Below the pieces are notes generated by a model that had not been told where the DNA came from, searched no databases, and saw nothing but the letters and a program-made list of their open reading frames with translations. This document shows, piece by piece, positions 42,326 through 52,700 of a stretch of 64,000 bases of DNA. Each line of letters begins with the position of its first letter. The first letter of the stretch is position 1. This stretch comes from an uncultured Rhabdochlamydiaceae bacterium (GTDB lineage: Bacteria; Chlamydiota; Chlamydiia; Chlamydiales; Rhabdochlamydiaceae), in contig CAVQHD010000001.1 of assembly GCA_963712275.1 (NCBI GenBank), positions 704,001 through 768,000 on the forward strand, in the 5' to 3' direction. The position numbers were made by a program, and so were the translations under genes.

Positions 42326-42350
42326 TAGACCTCTTTCGGAACTAAGGTTT
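42326..42350. repeat. Solo terminus of the 11630-type palindrome
   Basis: TAGACCTCTTTCGGAACTAAGG vs TAGACCTCTTGCGTAACTAAGG. Confidence 0.6.
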
Positions 42351-42351
42351 T

Positions 42352-43443
42352 CTAATAAACATCGGCGAGATACCGTCTTTCTCGGCGCAGGTTTTTGAGA
42401 AAGGCTTTGCTCTCTTCGAGGGATAGAGAGCCGTGGGTGGTGCAAATTTGAAGGAAGGCAGCTTCGACCTCTTTTGCCATGGGGTCGGCCTCTCCGCAGA
42501 TATAGAAAAAAGCTCCTTGCTGCAGCCATGCCCAAATGTCAGCTCCCTTCTCAAGGAGCTTATGTTGGACATATACTTTTTCTGGTTGATCGCGGGAGAA
42601 GGCGAGATCAAGGCAGAGTTTTTGCTGGCTTACAAGAGAAGTCCAAAAATCTTCGTAAAAAAAGTCTGTTTTTTGATTCCGCTCGCCAAAAAATAACCAG
42701 TTTTTACCGGGGGCGTTGCGATGGAGCCTCTCTTGCAGGAAGGCGCGGAAGGGGGCAACGCCGGTGCCAGGCCCAACCATGATGATCGGGATGTCGTGGC
42801 TAGAAGGGAGCGTAAAATGGGGTGTTGGTTGAATATAGCATGGAAGAGTGGTGGTTTGTAGGTCGGCCCGATGACAGAGCAGATGGCTTGCAACTCCATA
42901 GCGGAGCTCATCTCTATGATGGAATGTCGTGAGAGAGACTAAGAGATGGATTTCATTGGGGTGGAGCTCTTGCGAGGAGGCGATGGAATAAAAACGGGGA
43001 AGAAGGGGGGGGAGAGAGGAAATCACTTTTGAAAGGTCGAAGGGGCTGTTTCCAAACTGCAGGGCAACATCGAGGAGGTCGAGAGAAGAGAGGATCTCTT
43101 GCGGGATGGAACCTGCTTGAAACTGCTGCATGAGAGAGGTTGTAACGCGCGCTAAGTTCGCCTCAGTCTCTAGGAAGTTTTTCAGAGAAAAGAGCTCTCC
43201 TGTTCTTGGGTGAGTGACGGGGGCCAAAGGATCGGCTTTCAACGCTGTGATAATCCGAAGGACGAGAGTAGGGTCATTGGAGGCGTAGATTCCAACAGAA
43301 TCACCCACTTTATAGGTCAGATTGGATCCTGTAATATCGAGGGTGAGATGGTAGGTGCTTTTTGTCGAACCGCTTTGAGTAAGGGTTTTACGCTCTTTAA
43401 TTTTTGCGGGAAAGGGATAGGTTCGATGAAAGGGAGGGGCCAT
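42352..43443 (-). CDS. cysJ: Sulfite reductase flavoprotein-like FAD/NADPH oxidoreductase (no flavodoxin domain)
   Basis: PRFYSIASS, MVGPGTGVAPFR, FSRDQ, KVYVQ, RYLADVY. Confidence 0.88.
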   Translation of the reverse strand: MAPPFHRTYPFPAKIKERKTLTQSGSTKSTYHLTLDITGSNLTYKVGDSVGIYASNDPTLVLRIITALKADPLAPVTHPRTGELFSLKNFLETEANLARVTTSLMQQFQAGSIPQEILSSLDLLDVALQFGNSPFDLSKVISSLPPLLPRFYSIASSQELHPNEIHLLVSLTTFHHRDELRYGVASHLLCHRADLQTTTLPCYIQPTPHFTLPSSHDIPIIMVGPGTGVAPFRAFLQERLHRNAPGKNWLFFGERNQKTDFFYEDFWTSLVSQQKLCLDLAFSRDQPEKVYVQHKLLEKGADIWAWLQQGAFFYICGEADPMAKEVEAAFLQICTTHGSLSLEESKAFLKNLRRERRYLADVY

Positions 43444-43446
43444 TTT

Positions 43447-44949
43447 CTACGCTGTCAGTGTTTGGCAGCTGCGCTGCTCCCATCCTTTCGATAGAAGGTC
43501 CATCTTTTTATTCGAAATGCCTCCTAGAAAGTCGATGGAACCTAAAAATCTTGCTCGGCACCGATCTTTTCCAAGGAGTTCAAAGGAGTCGTAAAGAGGA
43601 GGGCCTTGATGCTTTCCCGTGATGGCTCCATACAGAAGGGGGATAATCACTTTTTTATGATGGACACCAAACACTTCAGCTGCCTCTTTTGAAGCTTGTT
43701 CAATGCCAGAGCGTCCCCAATTTTCTTGTTCATCCAGGCTCCAGATGATCGTTTGTAAAATAAAGGCTGCTTTTTCTGCGAAGATGCCCGTGGGAGCAAA
43801 AAGAGGGGGTGTATAAGGAAGATGGTTGACGAAGAAAAAGGAGCAGAGTTCGATGAACTCGGCCAAGGTTTTCATGCGGGTATGGCACAGGGGCATTAGC
43901 TTTTGGATGAACTCGTCTTTAAATCCCCAGTTTTGAATCTTTGCCCAGAGCTCGCTGACAGGAACGGAATTGATGAGATATTGTTGGTTTAGCCAATCGA
44001 GTTTTTGGATATCGAAAAACGCTCCTGACACTCCAATCCGTTTGGGATCAAACGTCGTGATGATATTCTCAAGAGAGTAAATCTCTTGATCGCTGGGCAT
44101 GCTATATCCCATGAGGGTGAGGAAGTTAACAATGGCCTCTGGAAGGTATCCACTGTCTCGGTAGTAAAAGATAGAAGTGGGGTTTCGTCTTTTGGAGAGC
44201 TTTCGGCCGTCTTTCCCAAGAAGGAGCGGCATATGCATATAGTGAGGAGGCGTCCATCCAAAGCTTTCATATAAGAGAAGGTGTTTGGGGGTGGAGCTGA
44301 TCCATTCGTCTCCGCGGATGACATGGGTGATTTGCATCAGATGGTCATCGACGACATTGGCGAGATGGTAGGTCGGAAACCCATCTGATTTGAGGAGGAC
44401 TTGGTCATCGATATCTGACCAGGGGTAAGAGATCCGTCCTTTGATTCCATCTTCAAAAACACAATCCCCTGTCAGAGGAACTTTAAGGCGGATGACATAC
44501 GGCTCGCCTGCTTTTTCTCGCTGCGCGATCTCTGCGGGACTTAAGTTCCGATAACGGCGATCATAACCGACGCGCTGGCCGAGCTTCGAGGCCATTTCTC
44601 TCATTTCTGCAAGCTCTTCGGGTGTGGCAAAACATTTATATGCTTTTCCTGCCTCGACAAGTTCATGACAGTGTTTGCGATAAATGTCGGTCCGCTCGGA
44701 TTGTCGGTAGGGTCCATAGGGGCCTCCAACATCGGGTCCTTCATCCCACTCAAGACCCACCCATCGAAGAGCATTAAAGATATTTTTTTCATATTCGGGG
44801 CGGGACCGTGTTTGGTCGGTATCCTCAATGCGTAAGATAAATTTCCCTTTAAAGTGCTTGGCAAAAATCAGATTAAAAAGGGCGATATAAGCAGTTCCTA
44901 CATGGGGGTCTCCTGTCGGAGAAGGGGCAATACGGACACGTACGGTCAT
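43447..44949 (-). CDS. gltX: Glutamate--tRNA ligase
   Basis: [23 protein letters not shown]. Confidence 0.97.
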   Translation of the reverse strand: MTVRVRIAPSPTGDPHVGTAYIALFNLIFAKHFKGKFILRIEDTDQTRSRPEYEKNIFNALRWVGLEWDEGPDVGGPYGPYRQSERTDIYRKHCHELVEAGKAYKCFATPEELAEMREMASKLGQRVGYDRRYRNLSPAEIAQREKAGEPYVIRLKVPLTGDCVFEDGIKGRISYPWSDIDDQVLLKSDGFPTYHLANVVDDHLMQITHVIRGDEWISSTPKHLLLYESFGWTPPHYMHMPLLLGKDGRKLSKRRNPTSIFYYRDSGYLPEAIVNFLTLMGYSMPSDQEIYSLENIITTFDPKRIGVSGAFFDIQKLDWLNQQYLINSVPVSELWAKIQNWGFKDEFIQKLMPLCHTRMKTLAEFIELCSFFFVNHLPYTPPLFAPTGIFAEKAAFILQTIIWSLDEQENWGRSGIEQASKEAAEVFGVHHKKVIIPLLYGAITGKHQGPPLYDSFELLGKDRCRARFLGSIDFLGGISNKKMDLLSKGWEQRSCQTLTA

Positions 44950-44970
44950 CAGAGAGCCTTTTTAGGGGCG

Positions 44971-44999
44971 ATTATCCTTAAAAGAAAGATACTTTTCAA
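44971..44999 (-). promoter_or_regulatory. Candidate sigma66 promoter of gltX
   Basis: TTGAAA-17 bp-GATAAT on the minus strand. Confidence 0.45.
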
Positions 45000-45022
45000 G
45001 GTAGATCGTCGAGAGGAGAGGG

Positions 45023-45238
45023 TAGGTCACAGGAAGTTAGAATAAATGTTTGAAACTTTTGCTCACTCGGGCTTATTTCCATTTTTTCACCACAGAGGCA
45101 CGGAGAGGGATGAGATTGCACAGAGGAAAAAAATCCTCTGTGCAATCTCATCCCTCTCCGTGCCTCTGTGGTGAAAAAATGGAAATAAGCCCGAGTGAGC
45201 AAAAGTTTTAAATATTTACTCCAACTTCCTGTGACCTA
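45023..45238. mobile_element. Long palindromic element family A, copy 3 (216 bp, loop inverted)
   Basis: TAGGTCACAGGAAGTT...AACTTCCTGTGACCTA; near-perfect arms of about 104 bp. Confidence 0.9.
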
Positions 45239-47145
45239 TGCATCATGAAAATTAAGTCTTTCATAATGTTAACCGCTTCCTGTAGCTGGAGGTCGCTGGC
45301 CCCTAAAGTGGGGGTTTTTTCTGGCTGTTTGCTTGAGATGGCCTTGAGAAGGTTTTGATGGTTAAGATTATTTTTTAAACGATAGGTTGAATTAGAGACA
45401 AGTTGAGGGGAAAAGGGGTAGTAGGTTGTCGCAATAGGCTGAAGCTGTCCCTTGTAGAGTTTAGACACTTGATACCGATGGAGAATGGGAATATCGGAGA
45501 GATCGTCTTCAAAGCAGGGGGGGATTTCATCAGCTTCTAAAGGATATTTGGAAAAACGTTCTCCAATCTCCATCTCAGAAAGGGGACCTGGGACGATGAT
45601 ATTGGCTTTGACACCCACCTTTTGCGGGGTTTTCCCTGAGACTGTGTAATAATGGCCTCGGGTAACTTTATACTCTCCTTGAGAATTGACTTTGCCATAA
45701 CTTGTCGATTCCAAGGTAAATGTTTGAAAGGTTCCCTTGCCAAAGGTCTCTGGGTCGCCGACAATCAGAGCCCGGCCGTATTCTTGCAGCGACTGAGCGA
45801 CAATTTCCGAGGAGGAAGCGCTCAATTTATTGGTGAGGATAATTAAAGGGCCGTCCCAAGTGGCTTTTGATTCGAGATTGCGGAGTCTTTGAATAAACCC
45901 GGTGTTGTCTTTGATCGAGACCACAACACCTTTATTCATGAAAAGTCCGGCAACGGAGACGGCTTGCGGAAGAAGGCCGCCTGTATTGCTGCGTAAATCG
46001 AGAATAATCCCTTCGAGCTTATGTTTTTTTTTAAGCTGCTCAATTTCTTGGGAGAGGTCAGATGCTGAAGAGTACTCGGAATCTTGGTAGAAGGAGTTAA
46101 GCCGTAAAATTCCAATAACTCCTTTCCCAAAAGGTTCATAACCCGATTCGAAACGGCTCTCTTTTAGAACGATTTCTCCTCGGGTAATTTGAACATCAAA
46201 CTGCTGGTCCTGCTGATTCTCTTTGCGTCTTAAAAATGTCAAAATAACCGAGGTTCCTTCCACTCCTCGCACAAGCTCGACAACCTCGGTGATATCAAGG
46301 CCAACCACAGGCTGTTTGTTGACGGCAATAATCTGATCGCCGACAAGGACCTCAGGATGTCTGCTGAGCGGGCTATTGTCTAAGATTTGCACGATTGTAA
46401 AACCGCTCAGGTCATCGCGCAGATGCGCCCCAATTCCAAAGAGCCGTTGCTGCATTTGCACCATCAGCTGGTTGGCTTCAAAAGGGGTGAAGTAGCTCGT
46501 TTGGGAATCAAGAGAAGAGGCGACAGCTTTGAGGACATAGGTTAAGACTGAATAATTGCGGGTATCGGCTTTCAGCTCGTCTTCGTGAGTGGTTCTTCGT
46601 TTGTCGAGCCGTTTTTGAAATTGCAGCTGCTCCTCGGGGTCTAAAATGCGCTCCACTGTCTTTATCTGCAGTTGATGGAGATGTTCAAGCCGCTTTTTTA
46701 ACGCCTCTTTGGTTTGAACCCATGTCATATTTTTAAATTCTTCAGGGTCTACAGATTCTGCTGAAACATCTCGTGAAATTTCATTTTCCAAAGCCCGCCG
46801 TCGATCAATTGCCTTGAGCATGAGAGCGTAGATTTCCTCAAAAATGGAAAATTGATTGTTTTTGAGCTCTTTAAGGACTGTTGAGAGGAGCTCCTCAGAC
46901 GGTTTTGTCCATGCAATTACTTCAGGCTCAATAAGATAACAGTAGTTTGGATCGAGCTCATGTAGGAAATTCAAGAGAGATCTAGACACAAGTTCTTGAT
47001 TTAAAACATGATGTGTTGCATGGGCGCGTAAGATTTCATCGATTTTGACCCTCACGTTGTGAGGGGTGAGTTCAGGCGGTTTTCCGACCAATAAAAGAGG
47101 AAAAAAGCAGAAAATCAGGAGATTTATCCAGCGCAATTTTATCAT
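45208..47145 (-). CDS. tsp: Tail-specific (S41) protease with PDZ domain
   Basis: GIGA, DLRSNTGG, SASSSEI, TFGKG. Confidence 0.92.
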   Translation of the reverse strand: MIKLRWINLLIFCFFPLLLVGKPPELTPHNVRVKIDEILRAHATHHVLNQELVSRSLLNFLHELDPNYCYLIEPEVIAWTKPSEELLSTVLKELKNNQFSIFEEIYALMLKAIDRRRALENEISRDVSAESVDPEEFKNMTWVQTKEALKKRLEHLHQLQIKTVERILDPEEQLQFQKRLDKRRTTHEDELKADTRNYSVLTYVLKAVASSLDSQTSYFTPFEANQLMVQMQQRLFGIGAHLRDDLSGFTIVQILDNSPLSRHPEVLVGDQIIAVNKQPVVGLDITEVVELVRGVEGTSVILTFLRRKENQQDQQFDVQITRGEIVLKESRFESGYEPFGKGVIGILRLNSFYQDSEYSSASDLSQEIEQLKKKHKLEGIILDLRSNTGGLLPQAVSVAGLFMNKGVVVSIKDNTGFIQRLRNLESKATWDGPLIILTNKLSASSSEIVAQSLQEYGRALIVGDPETFGKGTFQTFTLESTSYGKVNSQGEYKVTRGHYYTVSGKTPQKVGVKANIIVPGPLSEMEIGERFSKYPLEADEIPPCFEDDLSDIPILHRYQVSKLYKGQLQPIATTYYPFSPQLVSNSTYRLKNNLNHQNLLKAISSKQPEKTPTLGASDLQLQEAVNIMKDLIFMMHRSQEVGVNI

Positions 47146-47256
47146 GACCGTAAAAAATTATCCTTCGTAGCTAATCATAGGTTATACTAAACCAACAGTT
47201 TATGACGATTAAAAAAATTTATATCATAACTGATTCATTTTCTTTGACCTACGGGC

Positions 47257-47285
47257 TTGATTTCAATTCCTTTCTATGTCATAAT
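47257..47285 (+). promoter_or_regulatory. Candidate sigma66 promoter of euo
   Basis: TTGATT-17 bp-CATAAT. Confidence 0.45.
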
Positions 47286-47416
47286 TAATAGTTCATTAGG
47301 GCATAGTAACTTTAATAAATAAAAAAGGCCGTATTGATACAGAAAAAACGTTGAAACACAATCGATTTGAGTCTATAGTGAATGGCTCAAACAAGTTATA
47401 TGTTAGGAGGAATTCT

Positions 47417-47866
47417 ATGTTTAACGACTCTCAAAACCAGATGCCTGTAACTGAAGAAGTGAATGGCAAAAGGGTCGTTTCCATCACTGAAGCGGCTCGG
47501 ATCAACAACGTAACGCGTCAAGCGATTTATGTTGCGATTAAGCAGCGAAAATTGAGGGCTTATAAAGACTCAACTCGTTGGACAATTGATCTGAACGATT
47601 TAGAGGAGTATCGGAAGCACAAATATTCTCGCACGAAGTCTATGTTCGACGGGGAGCTATTGTTTGATAATGCTAAAGGTTACTATTCTGTAAATCAAGT
47701 TGCTAAGATGTTGGGCGTCCCTGCTCAAAAGATCTACTATGCGACACGAGTTGGCTTACTCAAAGCTTCTCGAAAAGGAGCAGCATGGGTCATTCACACG
47801 AATGATCTGAAATCGTATCAGGAGAACTACCTGACGAAGAAAACTGCCCAGTCACAAGCTGGATAA
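47417..47866 (+). CDS. euo: EUO developmental transcription repressor
   Basis: Tandem HTH (VTRQAIYVAIK; QKIYYATRVG); AGGAGG RBS; located near gltX and recJ. Confidence 0.93.
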   Translation: MFNDSQNQMPVTEEVNGKRVVSITEAARINNVTRQAIYVAIKQRKLRAYKDSTRWTIDLNDLEEYRKHKYSRTKSMFDGELLFDNAKGYYSVNQVAKMLGVPAQKIYYATRVGLLKASRKGAAWVIHTNDLKSYQENYLTKKTAQSQAG

Positions 47867-47893
47867 TTGGCTTTAATTAAGTAGCAATACTTT

Positions 47894-47940
47894 AAGAGGC
47901 AATGCCTAAAGTTCACCTTTAGGCGTTGCCTCTTTTTTTT
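47894..47940 (+). terminator. Intrinsic terminator after euo
   Basis: AAGAGGCAATGCCTAAAG / CTTTAGGCGTTGCCTCTT stem followed by a T run. Confidence 0.8.
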
Positions 47941-47949
47941 GTTAAGAGT

Positions 47950-47963
47950 TTGCAAGCACCCTC
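47950..47963. repeat. Solo terminus of the trmL-type palindrome at the recJ stop
   Basis: TTGCAAGCACCCTC identical to 63385-63398. Confidence 0.55.
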
Positions 47964-49705
47964 TAAATTACAGTGAAATCGCGGACTTGCAGCTGGATGC
48001 TCGTTTTGTTTAGAAATGTGTTGACATGAGGGCTGAAGGCGAGATGAATGGAGAGGTTTTTCTTCAAAAGTTCTTGTCTTCGTTCGGCCATCCCAAACCC
48101 AATCCCTTCGAGCATGAGGCCATGTTGATCCACAAAATAGAGTTTTAGATGGGATTTTCCAATCACTTTGGGAGGCCAGATCTGTTTAACATCGCAATAA
48201 AAAATAGGGGCTGGATTTCCGTTTCCAAAAGGTTCAAGAAGATGGAGTGATTCCATAAAGTCAAACGTGAGGTCGGCAAATGAGATTTTAGCGTTAAGAT
48301 AAAGCTTAGACCTCATATCCTGATCTTTGAGAGAGCGGGAGACAGACTGAATGAATTTTTCTTTAAATTGAGGGATTTTACTCTCTTCAATGATGAGTCC
48401 TGCGGCATAATCATGACCTCCAAAGTTGAGTAAAAGATCTCCATGCTCTTTAAGGGTTGGAAGGAGGGGAAACTCAGGAATGGTTCGAAGGGACCCTTTT
48501 CCGATGCCTTGGTCAATTGCAATGATGAGTGTGGGTCTATTATCCCGTTTGGCAATGCGCGCTGTAATGATGGGAATGATTCCTGGGTGAAGTTTGTCGG
48601 AATAAAGTACAATGGCTTTTTCTTTTAAAATCTCGGGGCGTTTGGAGAGCAGGGCATCAATATATTCGGAGTCTTTACGCTCAATCGTCTGCCGCTGATG
48701 ATTATGGGTTTCTAGTTCTTTAGCGAGAAGTTCTGCGGTATGGGGATCGCGGCTTAAGAGAATTTTAACTCCTTTATTGGGATCGGCAATCCGGCCTAAG
48801 CTATTGATGGGAGGGGCTACTTTTGAGGCGATTTCCAAGGGGGAGATTTCTGAGAGACGAACGCCCAGAAGCTGGCACAGTTTCGCAAGCCCAATCCGTT
48901 TTGTTTTTCGCAATTGCCTGAGTCCATATCGAACCAAAATTCGGTTTTCTCCGATAAGTGAAGCCATGTCGGCAATTGTTCCAAGTGCAACGAGGTCAAG
49001 ATACCGTTTAAGATCAATTTTACCGGCGCTCAATTTTCCTTCCTCAACCAGCTGGTTAGAGACGGCGTGGGCGAGCTTGAAGGCAACGCCGACTCCGGTG
49101 ATATCTCGATTAGGGTAAGTGCTTCCTTGAACTTTGGGGTTTAGGGTTGCAACACAAGAGGCAAGGCGTGCTGTCGGTTCATGGTGATCGGTGACGATGA
49201 TATCAATCTTGCGGCTTAAAGCCTCTTTGCTTTCACTTGCAGCTGTGATTCCGCAATCGACTGTAATCAAAAGAGTGCATTGATGAGCTGTTGCGTAAGA
49301 GAGGGCATCGAGCATGAGGCTTTGATTTAGGGAGGTTCGGTTCGAGATATAAGAAAAAACAGGGGTTCCTAGATACTCGAAAAATTCTGTTAAGAGAGTG
49401 GTCCCCGTGATTCCATCGACATCGTTATCTCCATAAATCAAAATGGGTTCTTTCTCTTGCAAAGCTTTTAAAACGCGGGCGACAGCTTTGTCCATATCAA
49501 GAAAAAGGTCAGGATCGTGCAGATCAGGAAGTTTTGCATAGAGAAAATCATGAATTTCATCGAGGCCGTCAAAATCCCTGGAGCCCAACACCTGAGCGGT
49601 CACAGGATGAATCTTGAATTCATCGATAATTTCCTTGACCCAGGCAGGATCTTGCTTGGGATAAATCCAAAGTGGTGACTCTAGTTTTCGATTTTTAAGA
49701 TTCAC
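47963..49705 (-). CDS. recJ: ssDNA exonuclease RecJ
   Basis: DNDVDG, TVDCG, TDHH, GGH; GTG start at 49705 inferred. Confidence 0.95.
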   Translation of the reverse strand: MNLKNRKLESPLWIYPKQDPAWVKEIIDEFKIHPVTAQVLGSRDFDGLDEIHDFLYAKLPDLHDPDLFLDMDKAVARVLKALQEKEPILIYGDNDVDGITGTTLLTEFFEYLGTPVFSYISNRTSLNQSLMLDALSYATAHQCTLLITVDCGITAASESKEALSRKIDIIVTDHHEPTARLASCVATLNPKVQGSTYPNRDITGVGVAFKLAHAVSNQLVEEGKLSAGKIDLKRYLDLVALGTIADMASLIGENRILVRYGLRQLRKTKRIGLAKLCQLLGVRLSEISPLEIASKVAPPINSLGRIADPNKGVKILLSRDPHTAELLAKELETHNHQRQTIERKDSEYIDALLSKRPEILKEKAIVLYSDKLHPGIIPIITARIAKRDNRPTLIIAIDQGIGKGSLRTIPEFPLLPTLKEHGDLLLNFGGHDYAAGLIIEESKIPQFKEKFIQSVSRSLKDQDMRSKLYLNAKISFADLTFDFMESLHLLEPFGNGNPAPIFYCDVKQIWPPKVIGKSHLKLYFVDQHGLMLEGIGFGMAERRQELLKKNLSIHLAFSPHVNTFLNKTSIQLQVRDFTVI

Positions 49706-52700
49706 TGGACAAAGACTCTTGCTCTCGATTGTGGAAGAATTGCATGAGGGGAGCTGCGATAAAGAGCGAAGAAAGAGTTCCGAAGACCACCCCAATGGCC
49801 ATGACAAGTGCAAATCCAAATAAGGTGCTGCCTCCAAGAAGAATCAGCGGGATGAGGACCAGAAGGGTGATACCTGAAGTCATGAGTGTTCGGCTTAAGG
49901 TCACATTTAAAGCGTGGTTGATAATTTCTGAGAGGGACCGCTTTCTCATGGCTTGCACATCTTCTCGGATCCTATCAAAGATGATGATTGTGTCATTCAA
50001 AGAATATCCAACAATTGTCATGAGGGCTGCCACGGTATGAAGATCAATTTGAAGAGGAAGACCTAAGACATTTAAGAGAGCAAGAACGCATAAGCAGAAA
50101 ACGACATCATGAATGAGACAAAGCGTTGCGGAAACAGCATATTTGAACTCAAAGCGGAGCGTGATATAGGCTAAAATACAGAGGAGAGCAATGCTCATTC
50201 CTATGACAGCGCTTGTCTGCATTGTCTGAGACATTTGTCCGCTGATCGAGGTCCAATGTTCTCCTAAATCTTGAAGAACGGCGGGAGAGAGTTGAATATT
50301 TGACGCTTGAAGCGCTTGTACAATCCATGTGATTTTCGCATTCCCTTCATAAGGGTAGCCTTCAGTATTGATTGGGGCATTTGTTTGATAGAAGGGCCCC
50401 CCTTTTTGATCTAAGCTGTGGCTTAAGAAAATACGAACTTGATTCGAAGGGTGGAGCTCTCGAATCTGAAACTGTTGGGAAGATAATCCTTGGTTAGAAA
50501 GAGCTTCTTCAACTTGGGCTCGGTAATTGTTTTGGGAAGAGATGGGAAGGTCGACTGTGAGTGCATACCCTCCTGTAAAATCCATTCCCAAAATGGTCTT
50601 CTGATGAGAAATAAAACAGCAAGTGCCCACTAAAATAACAATGGCAGAGACAAGGAGGGTCGGTTTTGTAAACCTTAAAAAGTCGAAATGGGTTGAGCGA
50701 ATCAAATTAGCCATTTTGAGCTCTCGATGATGTGGATTTAAAACCCACCAGCTGAAGAAAAAGCGGGTCATAAATAAGGCTGTAAAGAGCGAGGAGATAA
50801 TTCCAATGATGAGAGTAATTGCAAACCCTCGGATGGGTCCTGCGTCAAAGTTCAGGAGAATCAGGGCCGCAATAATCGTCGTAATATTGGAATCGACAAT
50901 GGCCGAAAGGGCTTTCCGGTATCCTGCATGGACCGCAGAGGCAATGCGGCCTGTGGCAGCAAACTCTTCCCGGATTCTTTCAAAGACAAGGACGTTGGCG
51001 TCAACAGCCATTGCCACTGTTAAGATAATTCCGGCGATCCCGGCGAGGGTGAGGGTCGCCCCTAAATTTTGGAGCGTTGCCCACATGATCAGAAGGTTGA
51101 GAATCACAGCGACGGAAGCGACAACTCCTCCAAATCGGTAGTAGGCGATCATGGTTCCAATAGCTAAGATGAGCGCTGTGATTGTCGCGGCGATCCCGTG
51201 GATTCGCTCCTGGCTTCCGAGCTCGGGGCTGACGTTTTTTTCTGATAAAATACGTGGGGTAAAGCTGAGAGAGCCGGCTTTGAGGTCCGACTCCAGCCGA
51301 CTGATTTCTCGTTGGGTAAAACTGCCTGTGATTGAAGCGCTCTCCCGCAAGACAGAGTCAACTGTTGGGGCTGTGATCACAGAGCCGTTTAAAATCACGG
51401 CCATTCTCCAGCCGCTCCCTCGAGAATAGGCTTCCAAAGGGGTACCAGAGATTTTTTCTTTTGCGAACTGGGAAGTCCAGGCTTGAAGGTCATCCCTTGG
51501 AGTTAACTTGGCTCCATCTTTGGTAACGGAAGAGCCTTGAACTCCAAACCCTAGAAAATTCCCTTTCGATGAGTCATAGGAGGCACGGATATTTTCTAAG
51601 CTCGACCCTTCTAGGGCATAGTTGCGAAAAACGATCAAAAGAGGATGGGTTTGCCCATGCCAATCGGTGAAGTCATCTCCTCGATAACAGCCGATTTTAG
51701 AAAAGGTTTCATCAAAAATGGAGCTTCCGCCTCCATCTTGAGGGAAGGCAAGACGAAGGCCGGCATCATAGAGGGTCTTGGCAGCTGCACTGCGAGGCTG
51801 CACGGCCTCTTCTAGGCCAGACGACTCCCCATAGAGATGACGACAGGCGATGGTATTGATTTCTTCGCTTTCTTTTTTTCCAGTGACAACAGCTTCATTC
51901 CAGACATCTTGCAAGAAACGGTGCGTTGCATCAGCAAGTGTTGGACTCAGCATAAATTTTTCATTGACGAGATGGAAAAACATCGAAGAGGCTTTTACGA
52001 GCTCTGCTGCAGAAAGCGATTGAGATCCGGGGAAGTCAAGCGCAATGGAATTGCCTTCTTGTCGAATTGTGACTTCTGCAACACCCATTTTGTTGACACG
52101 GTTATAAAGCTCGCTCATTCCTTGCCGGATATCGCTTTCATTTGTGACAAGATTGTTATGAGTATCTCGCAGCTCTAGTTGGACTGTTTTTCCGCCTGAG
52201 AGATCAAGCCCCCAACGGATGATTTTTCGTTCATCGCCTCGGAAATATTTCACGAAGCTCAGCTTGAGGTTGTCCCAGAGCACATTTTTCGTTGGGGCGG
52301 GAACATCAAATTTTTTTGCTCCCTTTAAATCGACCCTAGCAGCACGGTAATCATCTCTCCATTTCAGGAGCTCTTCATGAATTTGATTGTCAATTTTATT
52401 TTCAGTTAAAATGCGCTCTTCAAAATTTGAAAATTCTAAGAGGGCGTACCGTTTTGTCCCATGGACGGAGAACGATTCGCGGGTTGCTTTGAGAAGATCT
52501 TGGTAATAATCTTCATGTTCAAAAATAAAATCAGATTTGAACTGAGATGCAATGGGATAGGCAGCTCCGGAATATCCGATAAAGCCGTTTTTTTGCAAAA
52601 GTGTCCGTAGGTTATTAAAATCTTGTAAAAATTCTTTAGCACTTTCTTCTGTACCTGATGGAGAGGCTTCGTATTGCGCAAGGATTTTATCAACCCCTTT

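Noticed and set aside
47894..47940. Hairpin after euo as another MITE
   Set aside because: Short stem with T tail and no flanking duplication; fits an ordinary terminator.
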